64,000 bases of DNA from Macrostomum lignano (Eukaryota). The stretch is from assembly GCA_002269645.1 (NCBI GenBank), contig NIVC01001664.1, positions 105,473 through 169,472 on the forward strand, in the 5' to 3' direction. Positions 1-12,455 of the stretch are shown here, piece by piece. Each line of letters opens with the position of its first letter. Position 1 is the first letter of the stretch. Made by a program: the position numbers and the translations under genes. The notes beneath the pieces were generated by a model that had not been told where the DNA came from, ran no database searches, and saw nothing but the letters and a program-made list of their open reading frames with translations.

Positions 1-71
1 CAAGGCGACTGAGTGATGGGCGGAGTCCGATCCGTGTCCGAAGTCGGTCGGTGCAGCGGAGCACTGGTGGC

Positions 72-338
72 CTACTTGCCAAGCGGCATGTGGCGGTAGA
101 TCCTGTAGACGAGACGAAGCACCTTCCTCCACCTGATGCGGACGCGGCGACGCCTCCCGAGCCACTTCTTCTGCAGCTCAGCGGTCTTCTCGTCTGTCAC
201 TTCCGGCTCGTCCATGTCGGCCAGAGCCTCCAGAGCCGCCATCGACTCCGCGTCCTCCTCCGACATCTCCTTGCTGCTGGGTCTGGCGACGGCCAGAGCT
301 GCGCACAGCAGGAGTCCGAGAACGAACTGCCACCTCAT
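72..338 (-). CDS. Secreted cationic antimicrobial-peptide-like prepropeptide (88 aa)
   Basis: Single-exon ORF: hydrophobic signal peptide (MRWQFVLGLLLCAALAVA), strongly acidic propiece, KK dibasic site, then WLGRRRRVRIRWRKVLRLVYRIYRHMPL (10 Arg + 1 Lys) followed by G-K-stop, a typical amidation signal. Confidence 0.75.
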   Translation of the reverse strand: MRWQFVLGLLLCAALAVARPSSKEMSEEDAESMAALEALADMDEPEVTDEKTAELQKKWLGRRRRVRIRWRKVLRLVYRIYRHMPLGK

Positions 339-593
339 GCTTTCTTGGTTGAGTTGTGTAGCCTGATGAAGCTGAGAAGCTGAGAGATATCTCGTTTGCT
401 GTTGGTTGAGTTCTGCTCTCTCAGGCGTCTCGATTTATGCAGATAAACTCGGCACGTTTTTCCGCACTGAGCGCATAAACGATGCAATGAATAACACATT
501 ACGTGTTATTGGCAACCGGATTCTGAAGCAAAAATACAACTATTTCCATCAATGGCATTTGTTTCTATTTTCTGCTGTTTACTGCCTGTTTAC

Positions 594-812
594 TGGGTCT
601 GTCAGTGTCAATGGCAAACATAAACTTAAGAATTTTTTTATGGGTAAACAAGTTGTTAATGACTGTGGCCTGCAAAGCTCTCCCTGCAGAAACAATATTC
701 TCAAGCGGAAAACTTGAGGCGTAGAGAGATGGATAGACAGACACTGCAGCAGCAGCTGGTGTACCCTTGAAAATTGCTAAATTTATGTTGGCCATTGACA
801 CTGACAGACCCA
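594..812. mobile_element. MITE-like element with ~31-bp terminal inverted repeats
   Basis: tgggtctgtcagtgtcaatggcaaacataaa at 594 is matched, with one mismatch, by its reverse complement ending at 812. Confidence 0.55.
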
Positions 813-1544
813 CCGAAGGCGCCCGAGGGATTTCTCATTATCGCCCGCAAAGCCTGCTCTGGTTAATACGGTGATTATTGTAGCATAGACCATGGGGCTG
901 AGTTATACGAGCGCATGAGCTGCATTGATGAATATGGACATATGGGCATTGAATATGTGTCAACCATAAACATAATGATTAAATGAGTAACTGTACAGCT
1001 CAATTATGAGAGGGAATAAAGAAGCGGAGCAAAGCTAAAAACGAGAGAAAGAAGAGAGACTACCGTCATATTTAATTAGATTCACAATGCTGGACTACAA
1101 AGGAGTCGCAGAGTAAGATCATTTCCGGTCTTTCTTCCGACAAACTTCAATTCGTGACAATGCTTAGCATTGGACGGTGCGAGGAAGAAGCTGTTTCTCA
1201 GTTCACGGGACAAGCAAGCATTGTCTTCATGCCTCTACGTCAAGCGTGGTCAGTCATCAAGCACACGAGTCACACGAACAACCATCTAGCGTTCCAAATG
1301 CCGTCTCAACTATTCATGGCCAGCCTGATAAATCCGGTCCGACGATCGTCTTGGAGAAAAACGGGGCTAAATTTAACGTTTATATGAGTGCATGCTATAC
1401 TGTCCGTCAAAAGTTCCGGAACCCTTGCTACGATGTCTTCTAGCGGACATAATTTCAGTCCGTTTCAATTGTAACTTGATTCAAATGAAAGCTGCGGATC
1501 TCAGCTCCATGATGTGGTCAAGAAAAAGTTTATTCGAAGGAGCG

Positions 1545-1856
1545 CGTGTGAACAGGCCAGTGTTATGTACATAAAGGTTAGAAAAAAAAGTGAGGAAAAG
1601 ACAAACAAGCAATTGTCTATGGTTGCTGAGTCTATGGAGCAAACACACATGGGAAGGAATCGGTTTGCGCGAAGTGTTCAGCCTGGCTAACATTAGTCTA
1701 TGGCCAAAACTTGTGTTGAAATCAACAGGCTCTTATGGATTCTTGTGCAGTCAGCTTTCATGGGAGAGTAAAAAAGAGTAAAAAACAATTGCTTGTTTGT
1801 CTTTTCCTCACTTTTTTCTCTAACCTTTATGTACATAACGCTGGCCTGTTCACACG
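1545..1856. mobile_element. MITE-like element with ~70-bp terminal inverted repeats
   Basis: cgtgtgaacaggccagtgttatgtacataaaggttaga...gacaaacaagcaattg is mirrored by caattgcttgtttgtc...ctggcctgttcacacg. Confidence 0.65.
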
Positions 1857-2489
1857 GCCAGGCCAGTCTATGGCCTGGGCCATAGACTAAAATTTATTTA
1901 AATTTCATTGTAGAAAGTGGGGGCTTCACCCCCACACCCCCATTCTCACTCTCCCCCCTCCTCGACTCCTTCCGGCGCCAACTAATGATATAACGAAAGC
2001 GCAGAGCAATGTTTCTACTGCACTATTTTTGAGTGTTAATGTCATTACCACGCTCGCGCGAAAAATAGTGAGTGTGGCATGGCGAATGCTATCGCGCTCG
2101 CGCGCTAATAACATTAACACTCAAAAATAGTGCAGAAGAATATATCATTAGCCCGCCCGTTAGCCACGTAGTCATGGTACAATTCTCATTGGCGCAAATT
2201 CATTCATGCCACACGGACATGACTACATACATTCAAATGCATTAGCATTTACTTTATTGCCGAAACCCCTCGCGAGAATCAGTATGGCGTATTTTTGTGT
2301 AGCAATCGTGTAATAAAGTTCGATTTCAGCCTATTGCAAAAACACTCAGTGAACCAGCACAGGTGCTAGCTATTTCTGTAGTGGGGCGCCTTCCGAAATA
2401 GAGTTCATGGTCAGGTAGTGGGTGACTAAACCGGCTCTCCCACTTGGCTTTTCTTAGAGCCAACGGCCTTCACACCAATAGGAGAGGAG

Positions 2490-3150
2490 ATTGGCCCCAC
2501 TGATTTGTGTTCTAAACACCCATGAAATGACAACGACAACCAATCATATACCGAATCGATCTAGCACGAGTCAACAACGGCCGCGCGCTGCCAATTCTGA
2601 ACTCCCTGGAAATGGACTCCCTGGAGTGGAAAGTAAGGGAAGGAGACTGGTGAAGGTACATGTAATCACCACGATTGTTACTTGTTGGAATGTGCGATCG
2701 CTGCGTCAGAGTGGAAAGATGGAACCTCTGGCTGAGATGGCCTGACGGACTGTAAAAGCCTTGGAAGGCCTGAGATGCGTTGGAAAGAAATCGGAGAAGG
2801 AAAAACAGAGGCAGGACACAAAGTTAGGTTTGAAGGCATGAATGACAAAAGAGCATTCACTATTTTCTAGTTCATGGTTAACCAAACTCTATTCCGGAAG
2901 GCGTCCCACTAATTAGTGACAAAATATAATTGCAATAAGGGCTGCGGGAACAATGTGAAAATGCTACGACCTACTGATCGATGACTGCGGCGAGGATGTG
3001 ATTGTCAAACTCTACGAAGACCTGGTGAATTTGACAAGAGCAATTAAAAGGAAGGACGTTTTGGTGGAGCAAGGAGACTTCAATGCGAAAATTGGAAAGG
3101 ACGCTGTGACGTTGCCAGTTTGAGGTGGTCCCGCAAAAGGGCCGTTGGAC
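2490..3150 (+). pseudogene. Decayed RTE-type LINE 5' fragment (APE endonuclease)
   Basis: Broken frames contain the APE motifs TCWNVRSLRQSGK (~2680) and DVLVEQGDFNAKIGKDA (~3055-3105), with stops and frameshifts between them. Confidence 0.65.
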
Positions 3151-4442
3151 TGCAGTTTCTCTACAATTTTTCATTTTAATTTCTCCAATAGTTTATTTTA
3201 ACGTTTACTCGTAGTAGCGCCCAACGAATCTGTGTCAATTGCTAAATCACTGCGTGACTTTGCAATCCTCGCGCGCGACCGTAGAAAACTTGCACGATCG
3301 ATAATTTCAAGTTCTCCCGCCAGCCAATGAAAACTCTCCGCGTGTATTATGCTAACCCTTCTGCGCTCTTTATTAAACCCCGCCTGGCGGCGGGCTGTGG
3401 GGTTTTTTCCCCTTTATGCTCTCTCGTTCCTTCGCCTGCCTTTGCTTTCCTTCGTGGCCTCTCGTTTTCCTTCTCTCGCCACGGCTCCACTCGCCAGCCA
3501 GACTGTTTACGCCTCTCCCGCCAAGTTGTACTCTACCACGGCTAGCGCCAGCTCTCCGCCGTTTCTGCCTACTCACGACCTCTACTCACTGCCATTGTCT
3601 CATCGCCATCCTTCATCGTCTACTCATCTTATCATTAACTCTGTTGCAGCCGCCAGTGCCCATATCGTTATTGCATTTGTACTACTATTAATATTTTTAG
3701 GAGACAAATATAAAAGCCACGACTTCAACGTTAATTAATCATCGGTCTATTACTAAGTGCTACCGCTACACGAAACCGCTACACCGCCATTGTTCAATTC
3801 ACCTTCCTTTTGGACTACAACGACAATTCTCGTCAAAACGGCCCTTTTAAGGGTTATAGCCACTACGACTCAAAACGTGACAACGCTTATGGTGAATGGA
3901 AGCTATAGGGGACAGTTCAGCCTGGCACTGACTGGCACAGACTGCTGGACTAACTGGCACAGACTAAAACAGAATTTTGCATTTCCAGAGTCCCACTAGT
4001 CCGCCTTGACGCCATGCAGCGGCCGTTTTGCATAAATTTTCAGGCAAAAATCCTTTGTCTTATTATAGCAGCAGGTTTCAATGCAAAACTGCTCAAGGTG
4101 AGCCGTCACACCGTCAAGTATTAAGGGAAAAAGATCGAGAAACAGATGTAACTACTGTTATATTAGCATAAAGCTAAGCAACCCGTAAGGTCTATACGAT
4201 CGGGGTGCTGCAAAAAGTTGCCGCGGTCTGTGCTGTATGTTGAACGACAGGAATGTCAATTAATAAGATGAGCTGAAATATTTTAACCACAACTCCTTAA
4301 TTATACCTGTAGTTCCTTGCATAGCTGCTCTATTGAATGCTAAAACTGCAAAACGTTTCGACATGGTGAGAAAAACTTGCAACAATTAGTTTATATAATA
4401 GACGAATGTGGATGTGCATACACTGTACAATATTATAATTAA

Positions 4443-7400
4443 CGAGGCCAACTCCTCCTCTGGAGGAGAAAGGGGAAGAACTCCCATCACCGGAATTCCA
4501 TTCCCTGAACTCCATCAGCTGAATCCCAAGACCCGAATCCCATCATCCAACTTTTCTCCAAATCTAAAGTTTCTCCAGAAACTGGACTCAATCGAAATTT
4601 TCTCCGTGAAACTAAAATCCTCTCCGTGAAATTGAACACAATCGAAATCCTCTCCACGAAACAGAAATCCTCTCCGTATAAATGAATGGTCCGACCGGGC
4701 GTAGCTTGGTTGGGTGTTAAACCAGTGGGGCGTGGCTCTTGTGCGTTGGTGCGGGGGGTGGTGGGCCGGGCCTTGGTCACGTGCCCGCGGCTGGGTGGCG
4801 TTTATTTAATACGGTGCGGGCTGTCGCTGACCCGCCAAGCGCGTATTAATTTTTCTCCGTATATTTTTTCTCCGTATTCTCCGTATAATTCTCTCCGTAT
4901 AAATGAAAACATCGGAATCGTCTCCGTTTAAACTGGACTCAATCGAATTTTCTCCGTCCAACAACTCAACTCTCCAGATTCATTGGTTAGGGTTAGGGTT
5001 AGAACTACGCTCAGCTGCAAGTTAAAAGGCACCGATAAAAATATTGAATTGAATTGAATCAATTGATTGTGCAACCGATTTCACAGTCAGTCAGTATCAG
5101 TTGAAGTTGAAGTTAACAAAAAGATTGCGCAATCTAAATCAACCCTCCAATACACAGCGATAGTAAGAATTTGAACCCTCACCCTACTTTGTCTATTATG
5201 TTCCGCAAAACTAAGTACAATCTTTGCAGGACCTTAAAAGTATGGAAACCATTTTCTTAATTCTAAGCTTTCTGTTTCCATATTTAAAGCAAACAACTTA
5301 CATCCCTGAACTAAGCATTAAAAGATCTTTCCAGCAATATAAGTCTCTCCTCTCAAAGTTTAAAACTCGAGGTACAGTTAGCGTTTGAAATTTACTGATT
5401 TCCCGACTGCTTGCTAGAGAAGCTCGCAAGAATTTCACTGCCAAGCTAATACACAGGGCGCCAATAATAAAACCAATTGAATCTGGACATGTCCTATCAA
5501 TCTGTTGACACTGTACAACTGCTATGTACACTCAGCCCAAGCCCTACCCCCCGTTCTGGGGGAATCATTAAATTTAATTGAACCCCCCAACACGCGGGGG
5601 GGGGGTATTTGCATTGAACGCAGAACACGCGCACCCACCCCCCAAAACACAGCGACCCGCGGGCGGAGGTTGGGGTGGCTATTTTTACAAACAGACTGCA
5701 ACGAATCCACTGAAGAGGCAGAGTGGCCACAGAAGGGCCAAAGAAGGTTAAGAAATCAGTTTTCTGCTTTTTTAGGGATCTCAAAATGAAAAAATTAAAG
5801 ATTAAAATAGCTATAAACCCAGTCCGGAAAATTTGCAGTTTTCCCATATAAGTTTCAACGCTGACTTGCCAGTAGTCTAGGAGAAAAGTTGCAACATACG
5901 GACAAACAAACAAACATCGCATCACTTTTAGTATAAGGACGAGGCCAACTCCTCCTCTGGAGGAGAAAGGGGAAGAACTCCCATCACCGGAATTCCATTC
6001 CCTGAAATCCATCAGCTCAAATTCCATGACTTGAATCCCATCTTCCAAATCATCTCCAAATCCTCTGTAAAGCCATAAAACCATATCTTGTTTTCCCTGT
6101 TCGCAAAAACTGACTGCCATTGTCCAGACTCAGATTCTTCTGTCTCCTCTCTTCTCTTTTCTCTCCTCTCACGTCTCTCATCTCTACTACCTTATTTATC
6201 TCTTCTCCCTCGTCTTTCGTCTTTCTCTCCTGTCTCCTTTATCCCCTGTTTTCTCCTCTCTCCTCTCTTCTCTCCTCTCTCATCTCTCATCCCTCATGCC
6301 TCATCTCACTATTTCTTTCTCCTCTACTCTCAGCTCCTCTCTTCTCTCTCCTCTCATCTCTCCTGTCTCCCTCTGCTATCTCATATCTTCCCTCTCATCT
6401 CCTCTCTCCTCTTCTCTTCTCTCTCCTTCGTTCCCGCTTACTCCCCTCTTCTCTCCCATCTGTCATGTCTAATCTCTCGTCTCATTTCTACTCTGTTTTC
6501 TATCATCTCATCTCATCTCTCTTCTCTTTTCATTCTTCTCTTTACTCTCTTCTCTGACTGATTGAAGATGCCAAATCCATCCTCCTCTCCGCGAAGCAGA
6601 AAAATCCTGTCCATGCAACTGAAAACCATCGAAATCCTCTCCGTGAAACTGGACTCCTTCGAAATCATTTCCTTGAAACTTAAATCCATCAAAATGGTCT
6701 CCATAAAACAGAAATCAATCATAAATTATCTCCGCGAAACAGAAATCCTCTCCGTGAAGCTGAACATCATCGAAATCCTCTCCGTGAAACTGAACATCAT
6801 CGAAATCCTTTCCACGAAACTGAACACGATCGAAATCCTCTCCACAAAACTGAACACCATCGAAATCCTCTCCACGAAACTGAACACCATCGAAATCCTC
6901 TCCACGAAACTGAACACCATCGAAATCCTCTCCACGAAACAGAAATCCTCTTCGTCAAAATTAAAACATTGAAATCGTCTCCGCTAAACTGGACTCAATC
7001 GAATTTTTTCCATCAAACAACTCAACTCTCCGGATTCATTGGTTAGGGTTAGGGTTAGGGTTAGGGTTAGAACTACGCACAGGTTTGTGTTAAAAGGCAC
7101 TGATAAAAAAATATTGAACTAATTGAATCAATTCATTGCGCAACTGATTTCACAGTCAGTCAGTCAATCTAAATCAACCCTCCAATACACAGCAGCAGTG
7201 AGAAGTTGAACCCTCCCCCCAACTTTATCTATTACGTCTCGCAAAACTGATTACAATTTTGCAAAAAGTTAAAAGTATGGGAATAGTTTTCCCAATGAAA
7301 AGCTTTTAGTTTTCATATATAAAGCAAACAACTTATATCCTCGAACTCTGCGTTGCAAGATCTTTCCAGCAATATAAGTGTCTCCTCTCAAAGTTTAAAA

Positions 7401-10097
7401 CTCGAGGAACAGTTAGCGTTTGAAATTTACCGATTTCCCGACTGCTTGCTAGAGAAGCTCGCAAGTTTATTCATTGAATTTCACTGCCAAGCTAATACAC
7501 ACGGCTGCCTATGGAGAAAAAAGGCGCCAATAATAAAACCAATTGAATCTCGACACAGTCCTGACTCCTATCTATCTGTTTACACTGTACAACTGCTATG
7601 TACACTCAGCCCAAGACCAACCCCCCGTTCTGGGGGGAATCATTAAATTCAACCCAACCCCCCAACACGCGGGGGGGTTTTATTTGCATTGAACGCAGAA
7701 CACGCGCACCCACCACCACTCAATACACAGCGGCCCGCGGGCGGAGGTTGGGGTGGCTATTTTTACAAACAGACTGCAACCCCTCCACTGGAGAGGCAGA
7801 GTGACCACAGAAGGGCCAAAGAAGGTTAAGAAATTAGTTTTCTGCTTTTTTAGGGATCTTAAAATGTAAAAATGAAAGATTAAAATTGCTATAAACCCAA
7901 TCCGGAAAATTTGCAGTTTACCCATATAAGTTTCAACGCTGACTTGTCAGTAGTCTAGGAGAAAAATTGCAACACACATACAGACAAACAAACAACGCAC
8001 CAGTTTTAGTATTAAGAGACGAGGCCAACTCCTCCTCTGGAGGAGAAAGGGGAAGAACTCCCATCACCGGAATTCCATTCCCTGAAATCCATCAGCTCAA
8101 ATTCCATGACTTGAATCCCATCTTCCAAATCATCTCCAAATCCTCTGTAAAGCCATAAAACCATATCTTGTTTTCCCTGTTCGCAAAAACTGACTGCCAT
8201 TGTCCAGACTCAGATTCTTCTGTCTCCTCTCTTCTCTTTTCTCTCCTCTCACGTCTCTCATCTCTACTACCTTATTTATCTCTTCTCCCTCGTCTTTCGT
8301 CTTTCTCTCCTGTCTCCTTTATCCCCTGTTTTCTCCTCTCTCCTCTCTTCTCTCCTCTCTCATCTCTCATCCCTCATGCCTCATCTCACTATTTCTTTCT
8401 CCTCTACTCTCAGCTCCTCTCTTCTCTCTCCTCTCATCTCTCCTGTCTCCCTCTGCTATCTCATATCTTCCCTCTCATCTCCTCTCTCCTCTTCTCTTCT
8501 CTCTCCTTCGTTCCCGCTTACTCCCCTCTTCTCTCCCATCTGTCATGTCTAATCTCTCGTCTCATTTCTACTCTGTTTTCTATCATCTCATCTCATCTCT
8601 CTTCTCTTTTCATTCTTCTCTTTACTCTCTTCTCTGACTGATTGAAGATGCCAAATCCATCCTCCTCTCCGCGAAGCAGAAAAATCCTGTCCATGCAACT
8701 GAAAACCATCGAAATCCTCTCCGTGAAACTGGACTCCTTCGAAATCATTTCCTTGAAACTTAAATCCATCAAAATGGTCTCCATAAAACAGAAATCAATC
8801 ATAAATTATCTCCGCGAAACAGAAATCCTCTCCGTGAAGCTGAACATCATCGAAATCCTCTCCGTGAAACTGAACATCATCGAAATCCTTTCCACGAAAC
8901 TGAACACGATCGAAATCCTCTCCACAAAACTGAACACCATCGAAATCCTCTCCACGAAACTGAACACCATCGAAATCCTCTCCACGAAACTGAACACCAT
9001 CGAAATCCTCTCCACGAAACAGAAATCCTCTTCGTCAAAATTAAAACATTGAAATCGTCTCCGCTAAACTGGACTCAATCGAATTTTTTCCATCAAACAA
9101 CTCAACTCTCCGGATTCATTGGTTAGGGTTAGGGTTAGGGTTAGGGTTAGAACTACGCACAGGTTTGTGTTAAAAGGCACTGATAAAAAAATATTGAACT
9201 AATTGAATCAATTCATTGCGCAACTGATTTCACAGTCAGTCAGTCAATCTAAATCAACCCTCCAATACACAGCAGCAGTGAGAAGTTGAACCCTCCCCCC
9301 AACTTTATCTATTACGTCTCGCAAAACTGATTACAATTTTGCAAAAAGTTAAAAGTATGGGAATAGTTTTCCCAATGAAAAGCTTTTAGTTTTCATATAT
9401 AAAGCAAACAACTTATATCCTCGAACTCTGCGTTGCAAGATCTTTCCAGCAATATAAGTGTCTCCTCTCAAAGTTTAAAACTCGAGGAACAGTTAGCGTT
9501 TGAAATTTACCGATTTCCCGACTGCTTGCTAGAGAAGCTCGCAAGTTTATTCATTGAATTTCACTGCCAAGCTAATACACACGGCTGCCTATGGAGAAAA
9601 AAGGCGCCAATAATAAAACCAATTGAATCTCGACACAGTCCTGACTCCTATCTATCTGTTTACACTGTACAACTGCTATGTACACTCAGCCCAAGACCAA
9701 CCCCCCCGTTCTGGGGGAATCATTAAATTCAACCCAACCCCCCAACACGCGGGGGGGTTTTATTTGCATTGAACGCAGAACACGCGCACCCACCACCACT
9801 CAATACACAGCGGCCCGCGGGCGGAGGTTGGGGTGGCTATTTTTACAAACAGACTGCAACCCCTCCACTGGAGAGGCAGAGTGACCACAGAAGGGCCAAA
9901 GAAGGTTAAGAAATTAGTTTTCTGCTTTTTTAGGGATCTTAAAATGTAAAAATGAAAGATTAAAATTGCTATAAACCCAATCCGGAAAATTTGCAGTTTA
10001 CCCATATAAGTTTCAACGCTGACTTGTCAGTAGTCTAGGAGAAAAATTGCAACACACATACAGACAAACAAACAACGCACCACTTTTAGTATTAAGA
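4443..10097 (-). mobile_element. Head-to-tail array of three non-autonomous Helitron-like units (4443-5939, 5940-8019, 8020-10097)
   Basis: Units 2 and 3 are near-identical with a 2080-bp period, and unit 1 is a shorter 1497-bp variant. On the minus strand each unit starts TC(C/T)TTA(A)TACTAAAA and ends with the hairpin CTCCTC-CAGAG-GAGGAG followed by TTGGCCTCG. Junctions read CTCG|TC with no TSD. Inside are a CT-rich tract, ~27-bp repeats and a short (TTAGGG)n run. The CTCG end is a non-canonical version of CTRR. Confidence 0.55.
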
Positions 10098-12455
10098 CGA
10101 AGGAGGAAACCGTTGTGTCAGGACGTAGCACACTCCTATGGAAACTTACGGTACAACCATGCAACGGTAACACCATTGTCTTTGATTCAATGTTTATAAG
10201 CATTTCACGTGAATTTTGCTACTTAATTAATTTTTGAATGCTTTACAATACACACTATAGGGCCTACACTGAAAACAAGTTTGTAATTTCAATTATCCAT
10301 TCCTATATGATAAACATGTTATTCTTCGTACTAAAAATATTGTAAACTCAGCATAAAAACTTGTTGCATTTCTTAAAATAACTTTTAGCTTTCTATTTTC
10401 TGCTGTTTCAAGCGTAAAGCCTCAGCTGAAAAATAAAACCTATGAAAAATATTAGTTCCTAAAAAATTCTTAGAATGCTACGTAAAGCATAATTTAATTT
10501 AAACTCCTATTATTCCAAGAAAACAGCAATGCAAACAATTTATAAATGAATCGAATCGATGCTATCCGAATCCAAATAAAACTAATGATGTAATATATTA
10601 AATAATATACTAACAGTCTCTAGTCTCGTATAAGACGATGTGCGTTTAAAAACCTAATTAACTAAGTAAATATAAAGTTGCACACGATTTTTACTATATT
10701 TTGTAAGGGATGACTTGGTTGCTCGTGGCTTGTGGTACTGGTAGGTAGGTCTATTCTATAGGTCTATATAAGCCTATGGTATGGGCTATGGCCTACCAGG
10801 AAGTCTGATCTGAGGGGCACTTCCCACCTGGCTGGATCTAGGGGTAAGGAACAGTTGCACTGCCTAGGACATAGCCGATAAACATTAAAAGAAATGGTGC
10901 CTTTGACTGGTGACTTTCAGTCAAATTTTATTGGTCTTCCTCCAGGCTCCATGACCTGGATGGCCCCTTATGTTATGGGCATGGCTTACTGAATGCCAAT
11001 AAGGGTCTATCTCCCTCTTAGACAGTCTAGCTAACAAATGAAATTGAATTATTAAAATGCAATAATAGAAATTGAATTCATTTAATTTTGTCAATGGCTA
11101 TATATAATATAATGTCGGCCTAGTTGTAGACTTGTAGCATCAAATCCTATTTTAATAGCTAGGTCTATAACTATATAGAGATCTCAGATCTAGTAGGCTT
11201 AGCCATCTCACTTATTTTTGATATTTTTTATTTAATCAATTTATATGCTTAGTCCCCTTATGTATTGTTTAACTTTTATAGTTTTATCCTATACTTTAAT
11301 TGATAAAAATAAATCTAATATAGCTAAGGAAAGTAGCAAAAACTTTGCAATAATACCTAGTGGAATAAGCAACCCTTACTATCCCATTATATCTAGGCCT
11401 ATAGACCACCCTGTATCTAAGTTGCAATATGCCTAATACCTAAAAATTTAGTCTTAGGTTTAAAATGCATAAAAGGACTATAAAAGAACATTTTACCATT
11501 TTTGCTATAACTAATGCCTAATCAAGCTACTTGTTTTTCTTATAATAGACTGTGATAGGACCTATTCTGGACTAAAGCCAAGGTAGCAAATGTTTAATTT
11601 ATTTGTATTTTTTACATGGATTAATGCACATCATTGTCTTAACTCTTGACTCTCATACAAAGGCAATAGAGCAAGAAGCAATAGCTTTGAAACATGGTGC
11701 ACAGATGGCGCACAAATGGCACATAGATAGCACACAGATTGTCCCAAAAAATTATTCTGGTACACACTATGCCACTTTCTTGACTTTGGACCTAGGCCCC
11801 TATTAAAAAGAAAAACAATCAAAAATGAAAAAGCCATTTCTCTGAAAACAATAATAGTTTATTATCATCCAGTGAAAATCCTTATTGTCTCTAACTATCC
11901 CAGGTCCAATTTTTATAACATTTTTTACCAAACCCAGCTTCCTAGTATCACTGTGAGCAGAATGACCTATCATTTGAATACATAAGTTATTCAGGCTCCA
12001 CTTTATGAGCTTCAGTTGATAGGCCCTTACTTTGCTTGCTATCTTTCAATTCATGATTTTTAGGTATAATATACTATATATCTTGATTTTGATATATCAT
12101 GTAATAATATATACCCATGCTAAAATTTTATATTCAAAATTGTTATTCAGACTCTTTGATTAGGCTCTTAGTTGAGTTTCTTGTATGTTCTATGACCTTG
12201 CTATATCCTTTAGTAGATGCTATGTATGCTTCTTAATGTATAGTTCATTTGTAATTTTACTTATAATCTTTAGATTTTTATAATTGTAACTGTCAGTATG
12301 CTCATAGCAATTGACCTGATCCTTTTTATACACCAAATTCTTTTCAGGGATATATATGCTCAGATTTAACTTCAAGCATTAACAATTCATTAACTACAAA
12401 AGCTTTATTAGATACTCCAATAAGCTTAGCTATAAATTACTTAGAAAGAGGCAGG

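Noticed and set aside
6088-9052. Leu/Ser-rich and (IEILSTKLNT)n ORFs, and their duplicates
   Set aside because: Translations of the CT-rich tract and ~27-bp repeats inside the Helitron-like units, with no protein-like complexity.
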